64,000 nucleotides of DNA from an uncultured Verrucomicrobiae bacterium (GTDB lineage Bacteria; Verrucomicrobiota; Verrucomicrobiia; Chthoniobacterales; UBA10450). This document shows, in pieces, positions 29,923-41,877 of this stretch. The first letter of the stretch is position 1; each line of letters opens with the position of its first letter. The DNA lies in NCBI GenBank assembly GCA_963735805.1, contig CAVTMK010000002.1, forward strand, positions 1,344,001 through 1,408,000. The letters are read 5' to 3'. The translations under genes were made by a program, and so were the position numbers. A model generated the notes under the pieces. It saw only the letters and a program-made list of their open reading frames with translations. It searched no databases and was not told the origin of the DNA.

Positions 29923-31617
29923 TCACGATAGTAACATGATGATGACCATGCCCCAGATGGTGAGCAGGGTGTTACCGACAGCGTAGGTAACGGTGTAGCC
30001 GAGCGCCGGGATCTGGCTCTTGGCCTGGTCGCAGACCAGACCAAGCGATGCCGTCGTCGTGCGCGCCCCGGAAACGATGCCGAGATTGAGCGCGTCGTGG
30101 AAGCGAAACACATATTTGGCGACGAACATGCCAAGAACCAGCGGGACCGTGGTGGCGACTGCGCCCCACAGGAACAGACCGACGCCCTGCGTTTTCAGAC
30201 CGTTGACGAATCCCGGACCGGCGGAGATGCCGACGATGGCGATGAAGATGTTGAGGCCGACCGAGTTCATGAACCAGACGGTGGGCGTCGGAATGCGTCC
30301 AAACTTCGGGCGCACCGAGCGCAGCCATCCGCCGATGATCCCGGCGATCAGCGCGCCACCGGCAGTCGACAGTGTGAGCGGCGCCCCGGCCACTTTGAAG
30401 ACCAGCGCGCCGATCAGCGCGCCGACCACGATCGCCGCGCCGACGAACGCCATGTCGGTGACATCGGTTGGACGGTCAGCGACACCAAGCATCTTGGTTG
30501 CGGCAGCAATATCCTCCGTGCGACCGACAAGGGTGAGCAAGTCGCCGCGATTGACTTCGGTGCCCGGCAGGATCGGGATATCGGTGGCGGTAGCGCCGCG
30601 CGTGATCTTGCGCAAGAACACGCCGCGCGCCGCCGGGCGTGTCGCCAGTTCCTCGAGCGTCTTGCCATCGACGTCCTTGTTCGTTACCAGAACGTCGACG
30701 CCTTCCACCGGCACGGCGAGGAGTTCGCGGTCCTCGACTTCGACCGCCGTTGCCCCGAGGATGTTGACCAGCACTTCGCGCTCGCCCGCGACCGCCACCA
30801 CGTCGCCTTCCTTCAGAACGATGTCCGAGGTCGCGTCCATAATCTCGCCCCCGCGCCGAATGCGCAGGATGAAGAGGCGCGCATCTGGCACCAGCGACTC
30901 AGCCTCGGCAACGCGCAAACCAGCGGCTTTGCCACCAGGCTGAACCTTATAGGCGCGCAGCGCCCAGCGTGTCCAAGCCGTGCCCGGACCGCCAATCTGC
31001 TTCTTGCCGCCGCCATGCTTCTCCTCGTAGTCCTTGCACGCGGCAACGAGATCAATTCCTAACAGCTTCGGACCGATGACGGCGATCACGATCGCCGAGC
31101 CCATTGTGCCGAACATGTAGGTCACGGCGTAAGCGACCGGCATGTTATCGAGGTAAGTCTTGGTTTGGTCGGCGGCCAGGCCCAACCGGTTGATTGCGTC
31201 GGTTGCGAGGCCCATGGAGGCAGAAATTGTCTGCGACCCCGCGTAAAGGCCGGCTCCGTAGCCCAAGTCGTAGCCGGCGAGCTTCGCGACCACCACGCAC
31301 GCGACCAGGCTGAATACGCACTGCACCACCGAGAAAATCGCCTGCGGCAGGCCGTTGCTGGCAATTCCGCGCACGAACTGCGGCCCAACGGCGTAGCCGA
31401 CGGCGAACAGAAACATGAGGAACGCAAACGCCTTGAGCGGCTGGTTGACCGTGATCCCGATTTGCCCGATTACGACGGCGGCAATCAGGGTGGCGGTCAC
31501 CGATCCGAGACCGATCCCCTTGTAGGTGAATTTGCCGAAGTAGTAACCTAAGGCCAGCGCGAGAAAAATCGCGATTTCCGGGTAGGTCTTAAGTGTCGTG
31601 AAGAACCAGTCAATCAT
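29923..31617 (-). CDS. aspT: Aspartate:alanine antiporter (AAE family), copy 1
   Basis: 'GYAVGPQF', '[11 protein letters not shown]', '[13 protein letters not shown]'. Confidence 0.92.
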   Translation of the reverse strand: MIDWFFTTLKTYPEIAIFLALALGYYFGKFTYKGIGLGSVTATLIAAVVIGQIGITVNQPLKAFAFLMFLFAVGYAVGPQFVRGIASNGLPQAIFSVVQCVFSLVACVVVAKLAGYDLGYGAGLYAGSQTISASMGLATDAINRLGLAADQTKTYLDNMPVAYAVTYMFGTMGSAIVIAVIGPKLLGIDLVAACKDYEEKHGGGKKQIGGPGTAWTRWALRAYKVQPGGKAAGLRVAEAESLVPDARLFILRIRRGGEIMDATSDIVLKEGDVVAVAGEREVLVNILGATAVEVEDRELLAVPVEGVDVLVTNKDVDGKTLEELATRPAARGVFLRKITRGATATDIPILPGTEVNRGDLLTLVGRTEDIAAATKMLGVADRPTDVTDMAFVGAAIVVGALIGALVFKVAGAPLTLSTAGGALIAGIIGGWLRSVRPKFGRIPTPTVWFMNSVGLNIFIAIVGISAGPGFVNGLKTQGVGLFLWGAVATTVPLVLGMFVAKYVFRFHDALNLGIVSGARTTTASLGLVCDQAKSQIPALGYTVTYAVGNTLLTIWGMVIIMLLS

Positions 31618-31668
31618 GTTATGCTCCGTGTTAGCTCGGTTATTTCAGTTTGTGAGGTGGTCAATGGA

Positions 31669-34504
31669 TTAGGCCTTTCGCGTTCTTTTTTTTGGAGTGA
31701 CTCGACGAGAAGCCCGACGGCTAGGACTCGCGTTTTTTCTTCTGCTAGCGCCAAGCTTTTCCGGCTTGATCAGTTCCAGGCCCAAGGCTGCCTGATAGCC
31801 GTGGATTTCCTTCACATCGAGCTTGCGCATGAAGTCGATGGTCTCCTTCGTAATGACCTGGCCCGGCACCATGATCGGGAAGCCCGGGGGATAAGGGATA
31901 ACGAATTTTGCCGAGACAGCCTGGCCGCTTTTGACCATGTCATCGATCTCCTTGCTGTTGAGCCTCACATGCGTGCAGTTCTCCGCGTCATAGGCGAGGA
32001 AGAAAGGTGTGCGCATGTCCCCCTCGTTTGTTTTGCCGCGGGGATCTTCGCGGAATGCGTCATGAAAGCGGCTGAAGTTGGGAAGATCGGGAACGTCGGT
32101 AACCAGACTCTTCACGCGCGCGTCAAACGCCGCCTTCTCCTCGAGATCAGTCGAGAGCCTGCGATCCAATTCGCGCGAGATATCCGCCAGACACCTTGAT
32201 GAGGTAGGCGATGTCACTGCGGGTGTTATTGATGTTGGTCTGAAGCAGGACACTGTTGCGTGAGGTCTTGTTGAGCTGGATGTCGAACTTACTTGCCAGC
32301 AATCCCTTGAACTGGGTGCCATCAAACCCGGCGGAACCGCACAACAGAGTGATACGAGTGGGATCCAAAACAAACTCGTCGGTCGCCCATGCGTCATAGA
32401 TGGTTTTCCAGCTCACACCATCCGCATGGAAGTCTTCGAATCCGCTGGCACGGTGCTCGGCGGGCACCATCTGGGCGTTGGTCGCGATGCGGAAGTACTT
32501 GGAGATGAGCGGATGTTTGTTCACCTCACGGCGCAGGATCAGAGAAAGCTCGATCGAGCGGCCCACCAGCTCATACCCTTCGAGTTCTGCTTGTCGGCGG
32601 GCCACGTCGAGTGATGCGATCAACTGGAGATTGGGTGAGGTGCTGGTGTGGGCAAAGAACGCCTCTTTGAATGACGCCTCCGTGCTCTCCCAGCAATCAT
32701 CATTCACCATGATGTAGGACCCCTGACGGAAGCAGGAGAGCGACTTGTGGGTCGAGGTCGTCGCATAAACTCGGATCTTTACCGCATCCGGATCGGGCAA
32801 CAGATGCGTGTTGAGTAGTTGCTTCTCATTCTTCGGGTCAATTTTACCGTGCTTCTTCTTGAATTCGTTATACTCAGCGCGGTATGCCTCGCTGGCATAC
32901 TTCTCGCGTAGGACTTCGCAGGCTCCCATGGCTGAGCGCATGCGATGGAATTGAGAGAAGCGGTTGTAGGCATACCATGCTTCGTCCCAGAGGAAGACCA
33001 TGTCTGGTTTGATTGCCAGCACCTCTTCCATGAAACGCTGCACGTTATAAACGTGGCCATCGAAGGTGCAGTTCGTGAGCAATAACATGCGCGCGCGGTC
33101 GAGGCGTCCTTCCGCCTTTAGGTCGAGGAGAGCCTTCTTGATCGTGCGTAGCGGCACCGCGCCATACATCGAATATTCGGTCAGCGGATAGGCTTCCACG
33201 TAGAGCGGCTGACCGCCGCAAAGCACGAGACCGTAATGGTGCGATTTGTGGCAGTTCCGATCCACGAGCACGATGTCTCCCGGCCGTACGATGGCCTGCG
33301 CCGCAATCTTGTTAGAGGTGGAGGTGCCGTTCGTTCCGAAAAACAGTTGCTGGCAACCAAAGGCCCGTGCTGCCTTTTCGTGGGCGACTTTAATATTGCC
33401 CGTCGGCTCCAAGAGCGAATCCAACCCGCCAGTGGTGGCGGAAGATTCAGCCATAAAAATGTTGGCGCCGTAGAAGTGACCGAAGTCCCGAATCCAGTGT
33501 GAATTGAAGACCGACTTGCCGCGTGCCACCGGCAGGGCGTGGAAGGTGCCGATCGGACGGCGCGCGTAGTTTTTCAGGTTATTGAAATATGGCGTGTCGT
33601 AGCGCTGGTTCACCCCCTCCATGAGAGCCAGGTGGATCTCCATCAGGTCTTCGATCCCATAGAAGACGCGCCGGATGTTTTTGGAATCGAGATGGCTCGC
33701 CATCTTTTCCACCGCGCCATCTATGATTAGATAAACGTCCAGCTCGGGGCGGATCTTCCGAATCGCGCGGGCTAGGGCTACCCCGTAATCTTTCGGCTCC
33801 ATTGAACCGGGCTCGAAAGAAAGGTGCTGGGCCAGATAAGTGCGCAGCAACGGCGCATCGAATTGGGATTTGAAGCGGAAGTTGTCCCTGATGACAACCG
33901 CCTGTAGATCGGCATTCATCACCACGCCGAGGATGCCTTCTTCAAAACTCGGCACTGTGACCGCTTCATACACAAACGGATCTTCCGGACGCCGAAGCTG
34001 ACGCAGTTCAGCGCGTCCCTGACGTACCTGTTCAGGCGTTGGATCATCGCTGACAATCAACACCTCAAAGTAGGGCTTGGTCAGGTCACCTGTGTCGAAG
34101 TAATCTTTGAGCAGTCGATCATTCCGTTCCGTCTCTGCTTCCTCGCCCACCTTCCAGGCATTGCTGGAACGACGATAGGAACCAGTGATGATGGCCTTGG
34201 CGATGCGGTTCGTTAGTCTCGAGAAACCGGAATAATCAGTCCGGCTCAGCGCGTCTTTCAGCGCACTCATCATGGCTTCCCCCGGATACGCGTGAAAGGT
34301 CTCCAGGACACCAAGTGGCGCGAGCAGTGCTTCCACTTTCGCGAGCGTTTCCTTGGTGGAAGCGCCGGACAAGGATTGGGCGACTAGAGTCTGGGCCGCG
34401 TGAGCCAGGTCCTGCCAGCGATCACAGCGAGCCTCGCCGGCGCTAAACATACCGACAGAATAACGGGATGGGGACTTGGATGTTTTTGACGACTGAGTAG
34501 GCAT
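31669..34504 (-). CDS. Orn/Lys/Arg decarboxylase (fold-type I, long form), +1 insertion at ~32191
   Basis: 'TNGTSTSNK', 'DRNCHKSHHY', 'WDEAW', 'TSTHKS' (PLP Lys), 'HTSTSP'; C-terminal 'PYPPGFP' in the next frame. Confidence 0.9.
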
Positions 34505-34624
34505 GATTTTGTGGGTAAATTAATGGTTAACTATTTGCGAGGTCCGCGTCCGTTTCTTGTGGCGTAGAGCTCTTGCTACGGCTCTACCGCCGAAAAAATA
34601 CCAAGTATTGGGTACAGGGCGCTA

Positions 34625-34640
34625 TGGGACCTTAGTCCAA
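34625..34640 (-). promoter_or_regulatory. Operator box 8 (TTGGAC-TAAG-GTCCCA) upstream of the decarboxylase operon
   Basis: (TGG)TATTTT lies 24 bp downstream on the minus strand. Confidence 0.75.
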
Positions 34641-34918
34641 TAGCTATCCACTGTTCGTTTATTGTCGCCCTTGGAACGTCCGTCGAGTTAAAAAGGACTC
34701 GATAAAACCAACTCGCGAAAAACCACAGTGGTGAAATACGTGGACTATACAGAACTCGTTAGCCTTCCGGTTTTGGCTTGGACGTACTGCTTATCTGCGG
34801 TGCTTACCTTTATTCTGAGGGAATGGCGGAGATGCGACGCGAGTCGTGAAAAGCCTTTCCCGGCGATGGCTTTCATGCGCTCCGCGATTCACATCTCAAT
34901 GGAATGATTTAGGTGCAA

Positions 34919-35612
34919 ATGCACAGGCCGAAGGATAGCGAGGCAGAAAAATTGAAGCGTTTTGTAAGTAGATACCTCGATGCAGCCAGCCGATTAGGCG
35001 AAATTCTTTTTGGGCTTGATCATGGTGCTGACTGTGACGTTGACTGCGGGACTGACTGTCGATGAGGGAAGGGCGGGTGTTCGTCAACTGCTCTTCGCAG
35101 CCATTGGGTGCAATATCGCCTGGGGAGTTATCGATGCCGTCATGTACATCATGAATTGCATAACCGTCCGCAGCGGGAAGGTGCGACTGATAAGGGCTGT
35201 GCAATTTGCTTCCGATGAAAACGCGGCGCTTGCTCTCATCCAGGATGAAATCGAACCGGAATTACAAGAGCTTCTTACTCCAGAAGACGCCGAAGCATTG
35301 AGCCGATCTGTCCAGAAACATATCGCCCGAGCGCAGGTCGCAGAGAACAATTTGACGAAAGACGATCTTTACGGCGCGCTCGCCTGTTTTTGGCTCGTCT
35401 TCGTCTCGTGCCTGCCGGCAGCAATTCCATTTCTCATTTTTTCTCAGCCGCATTTCGCGTTGCGCGTTTCTAATTTTCTCCTGATCGCGCTCCTTTTCCT
35501 GGTTGGCCAAAAATGGGCCCAATATGCCGGGACTAATCGTTTGGTTACGGGATCGGCGATGGTAGCGATCGGCCTGGTGCTCGTCGGTATAGCGATTCTG
35601 CTCGGAGGATGA
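34919..35612 (+). CDS. VIT1/CCC1-like membrane protein, +1 insertion at ~35012-35018
   Basis: MHRPK...RYLDAASRLGEILFGL joins IMVLTVT...GCNIAWGVIDAVMY. Confidence 0.7.
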
Positions 35613-36268
35613 GCATGACGCTACAAGTCGCACTTTTAGCGGCGGCTCTGGTTTCCGTAGTTTCTGTGTCGTTAGGCGGATCTGAGACAAATGTTCGGCC
35701 GCCGGTTGCGAACGAAACAGCGGAAAGCGAATGGGAATGCTCATTGTCCACCTCCACTTACCTTGTTCAGAATGGCCGTGACTATGTTAACCCAAATTTT
35801 GTGGCGGATCGCGGCTGGTTACACCTGGAAGCGCGCTACAATTATGAATCAATCAAAACAGGGTCGCTCTGGTTAGGCTATAATTTCAGTTTTGGAAAGA
35901 AGCTGGCATTCGAGATAACACCGATGTTCGGTGGCGTGTTCGGAGATATCACCGGAATCGCACCGGGTTATACGATCTCGATCAGCTACAAGCCAATCGA
36001 GTTTTTCACTCAAGGCGAGTATTTCTTCGATGGTGGAAATCACTCCAACGATTTTTTTTACTCGTGGTCGGAACTTAGCTACGCGCCCGTAACCTGGTTT
36101 CGTGCCGGAACAGTCATGGAGCGGACAAAGGCTTTCGGGAGCAACTTTGACATCCTGTTGGGGCCGCTGATCGGATTCAAATATAAAAAGGTCGATTTTA
36201 CAACGTATTGGCTCAGTCCCGGTTCCCGAGATGCGGCGTTTATTTTTACCGTCGGCCTGAATTTTTGA
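35609..36268 (+). CDS. Hypothetical outer-membrane beta-barrel protein
   Basis: Signal peptide, alternating aromatic strands, C-terminal Phe. Confidence 0.7.
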   Translation: MSMTLQVALLAAALVSVVSVSLGGSETNVRPPVANETAESEWECSLSTSTYLVQNGRDYVNPNFVADRGWLHLEARYNYESIKTGSLWLGYNFSFGKKLAFEITPMFGGVFGDITGIAPGYTISISYKPIEFFTQGEYFFDGGNHSNDFFYSWSELSYAPVTWFRAGTVMERTKAFGSNFDILLGPLIGFKYKKVDFTTYWLSPGSRDAAFIFTVGLNF

Positions 36269-36411
36269 CCGATGGCGTTGATTGCGATATTCCTGGCGAC
36301 TCTGTTCATCGACGGGCTGGGTTCATCACCCGTCATACACTGCGCCGACGGCGCCGATTTTATTCACGGCGGCAGGTGGAAAAGCTTGTGAAACGCACCG
36401 TTCGGCCAGTA

Positions 36412-36427
36412 TAGGGCTAAGGTCCAA
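36412..36427 (+). promoter_or_regulatory. Operator box 9 (TAGGGC-TAAG-GTCCAA) upstream of the DUF3302 operon
   Basis: Followed by TATACG, 18 bp, TAAATT. Confidence 0.7.
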
Positions 36428-36569
36428 TATACGAAGCGATAGGCAGTCGAGTAAATTCAAGGCGTTTCGGAACAGAAGGAGGAAAGGAATCAACCCCTTT
36501 AGACTCGCCCATGAATAGTAATCTCGTCACACCAGCACATCCAACACCGAGAAAACACGTGATTGAAAC

Positions 36570-37067
36570 ATGAAACCACAAACTTTAGTCATCCAACCCT
36601 CTGTTAACCTGCGCCGGCCTCGCGGCGGACGCTTCGTTCTGTTCGTTGCTTTAACGTTCCTGGCACTACCGTCGCGCGCCCACGCCTCGTTTCTCCACGG
36701 TGAGACGCTCGATACAGTCGCGGGCGTCATTGCTTGGTTCGCGTTCATCATCGTCCCGCCCGTCTTAATCGGGGCCTTCCTGCTGGTCCATATCCTCCCT
36801 GAAAAGGTTGCCGAAAAGCGGCACCATCCGCAGCTCGGGGCTATCAAGTGCCTGTGCCTGCTCTCGCTTTGCTTCGGCGGACTGCTCTGGCCGATCGCCT
36901 GGCTTTGGGCCTACTCAAAGCCGGTTTTTCACAAGATGGCGTACGGCACGGATGTCGATCACTCGCACGGGCAGGCGGGCGGGGAAAAATCCGCCACGAC
37001 TGAACTCGAACAACTCCGCGCCCGCGTCGCGGAACTCGAAGCGGAGATTAAAGGAGGGAAGGCGTAA
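36570..37067 (+). CDS. DUF3302 domain protein (YibI-like)
   Basis: 'VHILPEKVAEKRHHPQ', 'GGLLWPIAWLWAY'. Confidence 0.85.
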   Translation: MKPQTLVIQPSVNLRRPRGGRFVLFVALTFLALPSRAHASFLHGETLDTVAGVIAWFAFIIVPPVLIGAFLLVHILPEKVAEKRHHPQLGAIKCLCLLSLCFGGLLWPIAWLWAYSKPVFHKMAYGTDVDHSHGQAGGEKSATTELEQLRARVAELEAEIKGGKA

Positions 37068-38173
37068 TGGAAGTCATCCTGCTTGGCATCTACGGGTTCT
37101 TCGTCTGGCTCATTTTCTATAAATTCAAGTGGCTGCCCATGAACTTTACCGCGGCGGTCATTACCATCACGCTGCCGATCGTGGCAATGATGGCTCTTTT
37201 CCTCCTTCTGAACATTGCCGCGCCCGCAACTGACGACGTGCGCGCTATGAATTACGTCATCCCGATCGTTCCACGCATAACCGGTCAGGTGACCGAGGTA
37301 CCGATTCAACCAAACCGACCGATTAAAAAAGGCGACGTGCTATTCAAGATCGACCCGGTGCCGTTCGAAGCGGCGGTGAAAGCCGCCGAAGCCACGCTAC
37401 AGGGAGCGAAGGATCAACTTAACAATGCCGCGAACAAAAAAGCCGCGCTGACCCCGCGGATCGACCTGGCGAAAAAGCGGGTCGAGCAATTCACAGCACT
37501 CGCCGCGACCGGGGCCGGGAAGCGGGCTGATCTTGAGCAGGCGCAAAGCGACCTCGGCAATCTTGAAAGTGAATTCCTTGCCGCCGACGCCACGGAATCG
37601 CAGGCCAGAGCGCAGATCGCCAAGTCGGAGGCCGACCTGATCAATGCGAAATTCGACCTCGAAGGCTGCGTCCACGTTGCTCCCGCCAACGGTCGCGTGG
37701 CCAATCTTTCCCTGCAACCCGGCGTGCGCGCGACCCAGTTCGCGACAATGCCGGTGATGAGCTTCATCCAGGAGGACGATCCGTGGCTGCTGGCATTCTA
37801 CCGGCAAAACGAACTGCGCTACGTCGAACCCGGCGATGAAGCGGAAATCTTCATGAAGGTGTATCCGGGCCGCATCATCAAATGCAAGGTCGATTCCATC
37901 CTTTGGGCGACGGCACAGGGCCAGCTGCCGATCAACGGCAACCTCCCCAACACCATGCCCGTGTCGGCGCCCGAACAGCGCATCGCAGTGCGACTGCTCA
38001 CAGAGGGGAAGGATAAGGACGTCTTCCTCGCTGCTGGCGCCCGCGGTGGGGGAGCGATCTACACGAAGGACATTGCGGCGATCCAGATCCTCCGTCGCGT
38101 GATCGTCCGCATCGCGGCCAAGTTCGACTGGTTCGTCATCAAACATCTCTCCGCTCTCTTCGGCGGACACTAA
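37067..38173 (+). CDS. HlyD-family membrane fusion protein (YibH-like)
   Basis: 'PRITGQVTEV...KKGDVLFKIDPVPF', coiled coil, 'APANGRV'. Confidence 0.9.
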   Translation: MEVILLGIYGFFVWLIFYKFKWLPMNFTAAVITITLPIVAMMALFLLLNIAAPATDDVRAMNYVIPIVPRITGQVTEVPIQPNRPIKKGDVLFKIDPVPFEAAVKAAEATLQGAKDQLNNAANKKAALTPRIDLAKKRVEQFTALAATGAGKRADLEQAQSDLGNLESEFLAADATESQARAQIAKSEADLINAKFDLEGCVHVAPANGRVANLSLQPGVRATQFATMPVMSFIQEDDPWLLAFYRQNELRYVEPGDEAEIFMKVYPGRIIKCKVDSILWATAQGQLPINGNLPNTMPVSAPEQRIAVRLLTEGKDKDVFLAAGARGGGAIYTKDIAAIQILRRVIVRIAAKFDWFVIKHLSALFGGH

Positions 38174-38183
38174 GAATCAAACG

Positions 38184-39682
38184 ATGAACGCTCGGCGCTG
38201 CACCCTGATTTTTGTTACCGCCAGCAGTCTCTTGCTTGCGGGCTGCATTCTGAAAAATCCGCCAACGGGCGCGGACATCATGCCTGAGTCCGCCCGCGCG
38301 AAGATCCCTGGAAGCTGGGCCGGCCCGCATCGCAGCGGCACCGTGGTGCCGAACTGGATCCGCAATTTCGGCGACCCGGAGCTTAACGCGCTCGTTGCGC
38401 GACGCCGTGGAGCGAAATCCCGATCTCAAGGCCGCCGCCGCCCGCGTGGAAGCATCGCGCGCTGCGGTGCGCATCGCTGCATCGTCGCTCTACCCACGGA
38501 TCGCGATGAAGGGCTTGGGCGAGCGCCAGGGACAGGAACTTAGTGGCGACATCGGTCGCGACATTAATCCGCCGACCTTCGGGAGTTCGGGAACGGAGGA
38601 CAGCGGCGGCTCCGGACTCGACACCAGCACGGATTCATCATCACAGCGTTGGGTATATGGCATCGCCGCCGGTGCCGCATGGGAGGCTGATGTCTGGGGG
38701 CGCATTCGCTCGAAAAAAGCTGCCGCGAAGGCGGAAAGCAAAGCGCTGGAAGCCGACTACGAATTTGCCCGGCAATCCCTCGCCGCTGCCGTAGCACGCG
38801 CGTACATCTCTACCATCGAGGCCGCGCAACAGGAAGCTAACGCGCAGGAGACGCTCGATATCTACCAGGAGTACGTCGAAGCTCACCGACGTGCGCAAAC
38901 AGCAGGGCTTCGCGAGCGACTTCGACGTGTCGCAGATCAAGTCGCGCACCGCCGCCGCCGAGGATGCGCTCTACGCCGCACAGGCGGCGCGGGCGCAGAC
39001 GATCCGCGCGATCGAGGTCGTGACCAGCCGATACCCTGCCGGCAGATTTGATGTGCGACGTTCCTTTCCCGGCCAACCGAGGGCCGTGCCCGCCGGTTTG
39101 CCCGCGCAAATCCTCGAACGCCGGCCGGATCTCATCGCCAGCGAGCGCCGCTTCGCCGCTGCCTTCCATCGCGTGAACGAGGCGCGCACGGCGCGCCTGC
39201 CGCGCTTTGTGCTCAGCGCCGGGAGTGGGCTCGGAACTGCGGACCTCGACTCAGTCGGCTCGCTCAATGCCCTCGTCTGGAGTTTGGCCGGTGGGGTCAC
39301 GCAACCGATTTTCTTTGGCGGTGAACTGAAGGCTGCACAAGATCTCCGCACCGCCGAGCAAAAAGCCGCCGCCGCAAGCTACGTGGGCTCCGCGTTGCGC
39401 GCGTTCGAAGACGTCGAAAATTCTCTCGCCGCCGATTACTATCTACGTAAACGCGAAGGCGCGCTGGGCGACGCGGTTTCGAGCAGCGCCGATTCGGTGA
39501 AGTTCAGCAGGGACCAGCTCGAACAGGGCCAGACCGACATGTTCACCGTCTTGCGTCTCACCGGGGAAAACCTGGCCGCGAAAGTCCAACTCACTCAAGT
39601 CCGCGCTTCCCGCCTCCGCGAACGCGTGAATCTGTACCTGGCTCTCGGCGGTGATTTCGAGGGAACAGGCGCACCAAAATGA
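38184..39682 (+). CDS. TolC/NodT outer-membrane efflux lipoprotein, +1 insertions at ~38400 and ~38877
   Basis: Lipobox LAGC, 'NPDLKAAAARV', 'WEADVWGRIR', 'LERRPDL', 'LYLALGG' spread across three frames. Confidence 0.85.
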
Positions 39683-39735
39683 CTTCGACACTCCTCATTT
39701 CACAGCAGTCGAACAAGCGATAGAAAGAGCGGCTA

Positions 39736-40225
39736 ATGCGCACGATTACTAATGACTATCGCAACGCGCAGATTTTGAATCTCGGCTCCGGCGGCGAACG
39801 CGGACCTTACCTCGTGACGCAAACCGGCGTCGCACCGAGCGATCCAATACCCAAGACACGTATGTTCGTGCTCCGCCCTGATGGATGCTGGGTCGATTTC
39901 AATGCCTACGCGTCTCAGGGAAAGCCTGAGGCCATGGATGAGATTGTTTTTACCACTACGGCCGAAGTCATGGAGAGGTTTGGGAAATTGTTCGGCACGC
40001 CTCGAGTTCTCGATCTACCGATCGATGAGGACGGGACTTAAGGCGTGGATCGAACGCCAGGAGCACGGCGATCCTCTGGAAGCAGCTCGCGCCTGGGCCA
40101 AAGAGTACAAGATGCGCCATCGAAAGAGGTCGCTAAGCGCTGTCAAAAGCGTTCGGGATTGCCGCCATGACTGCACCGTCGCTCGCCCGCGTAATTCCAG
40201 CTCTCGGTTGGCTGCGCGCCTATGA
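39736..40225 (+). CDS. Hypothetical protein, +1 insertion at ~40030 (3' end uncertain)
   Basis: ORF 39736 appears to continue as '..GLKAWIERQEHGDPLEAARAW' in the next frame. Confidence 0.55.
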
Positions 40226-41856
40226 CCGAAGCTGGCTGCGCGGCGATCTTTTCGCCGGTATCACACTCGCCGCATATCTGTTGCCCGCTGGTTTAGGCGA
40301 TGCTTCCCTGGCCAATCTGCCGCCCGAGGCGGGACTCTACGCGTGTCTGTTTGGTGGACTCGTCTTCTGGCTGTTTTGTAGTTCGCGGCACACGGTCGTC
40401 ACGTGTTACTTCGGCCATTTCATTGCTCGTTGGCGCCTCGCTCGGCGATATCGCGGGGGGCGACACAACGCGATTTGGCGCGCTCGCTGCGGGAACGGCT
40501 TTGCTTGTCGCATTGATCGCTTTCATCGCGTGGCTCGTCAAAGCAGGCGTCATTGTAAATTTCATTTCCGAAAGCGTGATGACCGGTTTCAAGTGCGGTG
40601 TCGCTCTCTTTCTCGCCAGCACGCAACTACCCAAGCTCCTCGGTTTTCACGGCGCACATGGAGATTTCTGGGAGAACAGCGGCCACTTTTTCAAGCATCT
40701 GCCCGAAACAAATCCCACATCACTTCTTGTTGGAGGCACCGCGCTGGCTCTGCTCATTTTGGGAAAGATTTTCCTGAAAAACAAACCGGTATCGCTGTTC
40801 GTAGTCATTGGCGGTATCGTGGCAGCTTCCGCGCTTTCGTTAGGCACGCGTGGCGTAAAGCTGCTCGGTAACGTTCCTCAAGGACTGCCTCCCATCGGCC
40901 TGCCAGCCGTTTATTGGCACGATCTTAACGAACTGCTTCCGCTGGCGGTTGCTTGTTTTCTATTAGGAGCCGTGGAAACCGCGGCGATCGGACGCATGTT
41001 CACGGCCAAACATGGGGGGCGATTTGACGCCAATCAGGAGTTTCTGGCGCTTGCGGCTTCAAATCTAGGCGCAGGACTCGGACGCGGATTTCCGATTAGC
41101 GGCGGTATGTCGCAATCTCTCGTCAACGAAGGTGGGGGCGCACGCACACCGCTTTCTGGCGCACTCTCCGCAGGAATTATTTTAGTCGTCGTCCTTTTCT
41201 TCTCCCATTTGTTAAGTGCGTTGCCCCAGCCGGTGCTAGCGGCCGTGGTGCTTGTCGCAGTCGCAGGATTGTTCAAGCTCTCGACTCTCAAACAGCTATG
41301 GCGCGGTGACCGTCCCGAGTTCGTCGTGGCAATGGCAGCCATTCTCGGTGTTCTCAGCTCGGGTTTGCTTCGCGGCGTGATGATTGGCGCAATCATTTCT
41401 CTGGTGCAACTGTTGCGAACGGCGTCCAGACCGCACGTGGCATTTCTCGGGCGCATTCCCGGCACTCGCCGTTTCTCGGATCGCGAGCGACATCCGGATA
41501 ATGAACTCATTTCCGGTATCCTGATCTTTCGGCCGGAATCGGGTCTCGTGTACTTCAACGTGGACCATGTCTGCGAGTCGATTCTGAAGCGCGTGCGCGC
41601 TGAACCAACGCCACCTAAGCTGGTTGTGCTCGATCTTTCCGCTGCGCCGCGTGTCGACTTACAAAGCGCTCACGCGCTCGGCGGTCTCGCCGATGAATTG
41701 ACCGTTCAAGGCATCCGGTTCCAAGCAGTCGAACCGCGTTCGTCCGTGCGCGACCGCTTGCGCAATGAAGGCGTGGACAGAAGGCTGGGCGGAGTAGACC
41801 GCTTCACTTCGGTCGCGGATGCGGTCGAAGCCTTTCAGAAAAGTACCGATCAATAA
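40167..41856 (+). CDS. sulP: SulP/SLC26 anion transporter with STAS domain, +1 insertion at ~40404
   Basis: 'DLFAGITLA', 'PPEAGLYA', 'NFISESVMTGF', 'DANQEFLALA', C-terminal STAS. Confidence 0.9.
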
Positions 41857-41877
41857 CGATGACACATTAACACCGCG

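Noticed and set aside
28102..31062. Long plus-strand ORFs (383, 307, 321 aa) over aspD/aspT
   Set aside because: Antisense shadows of well-supported high-GC genes.
32147..32200. Programmed frameshifting in the decarboxylase and other split genes
   Set aside because: No slippery heptamer at the junctions; the pattern fits sequencing insertions.
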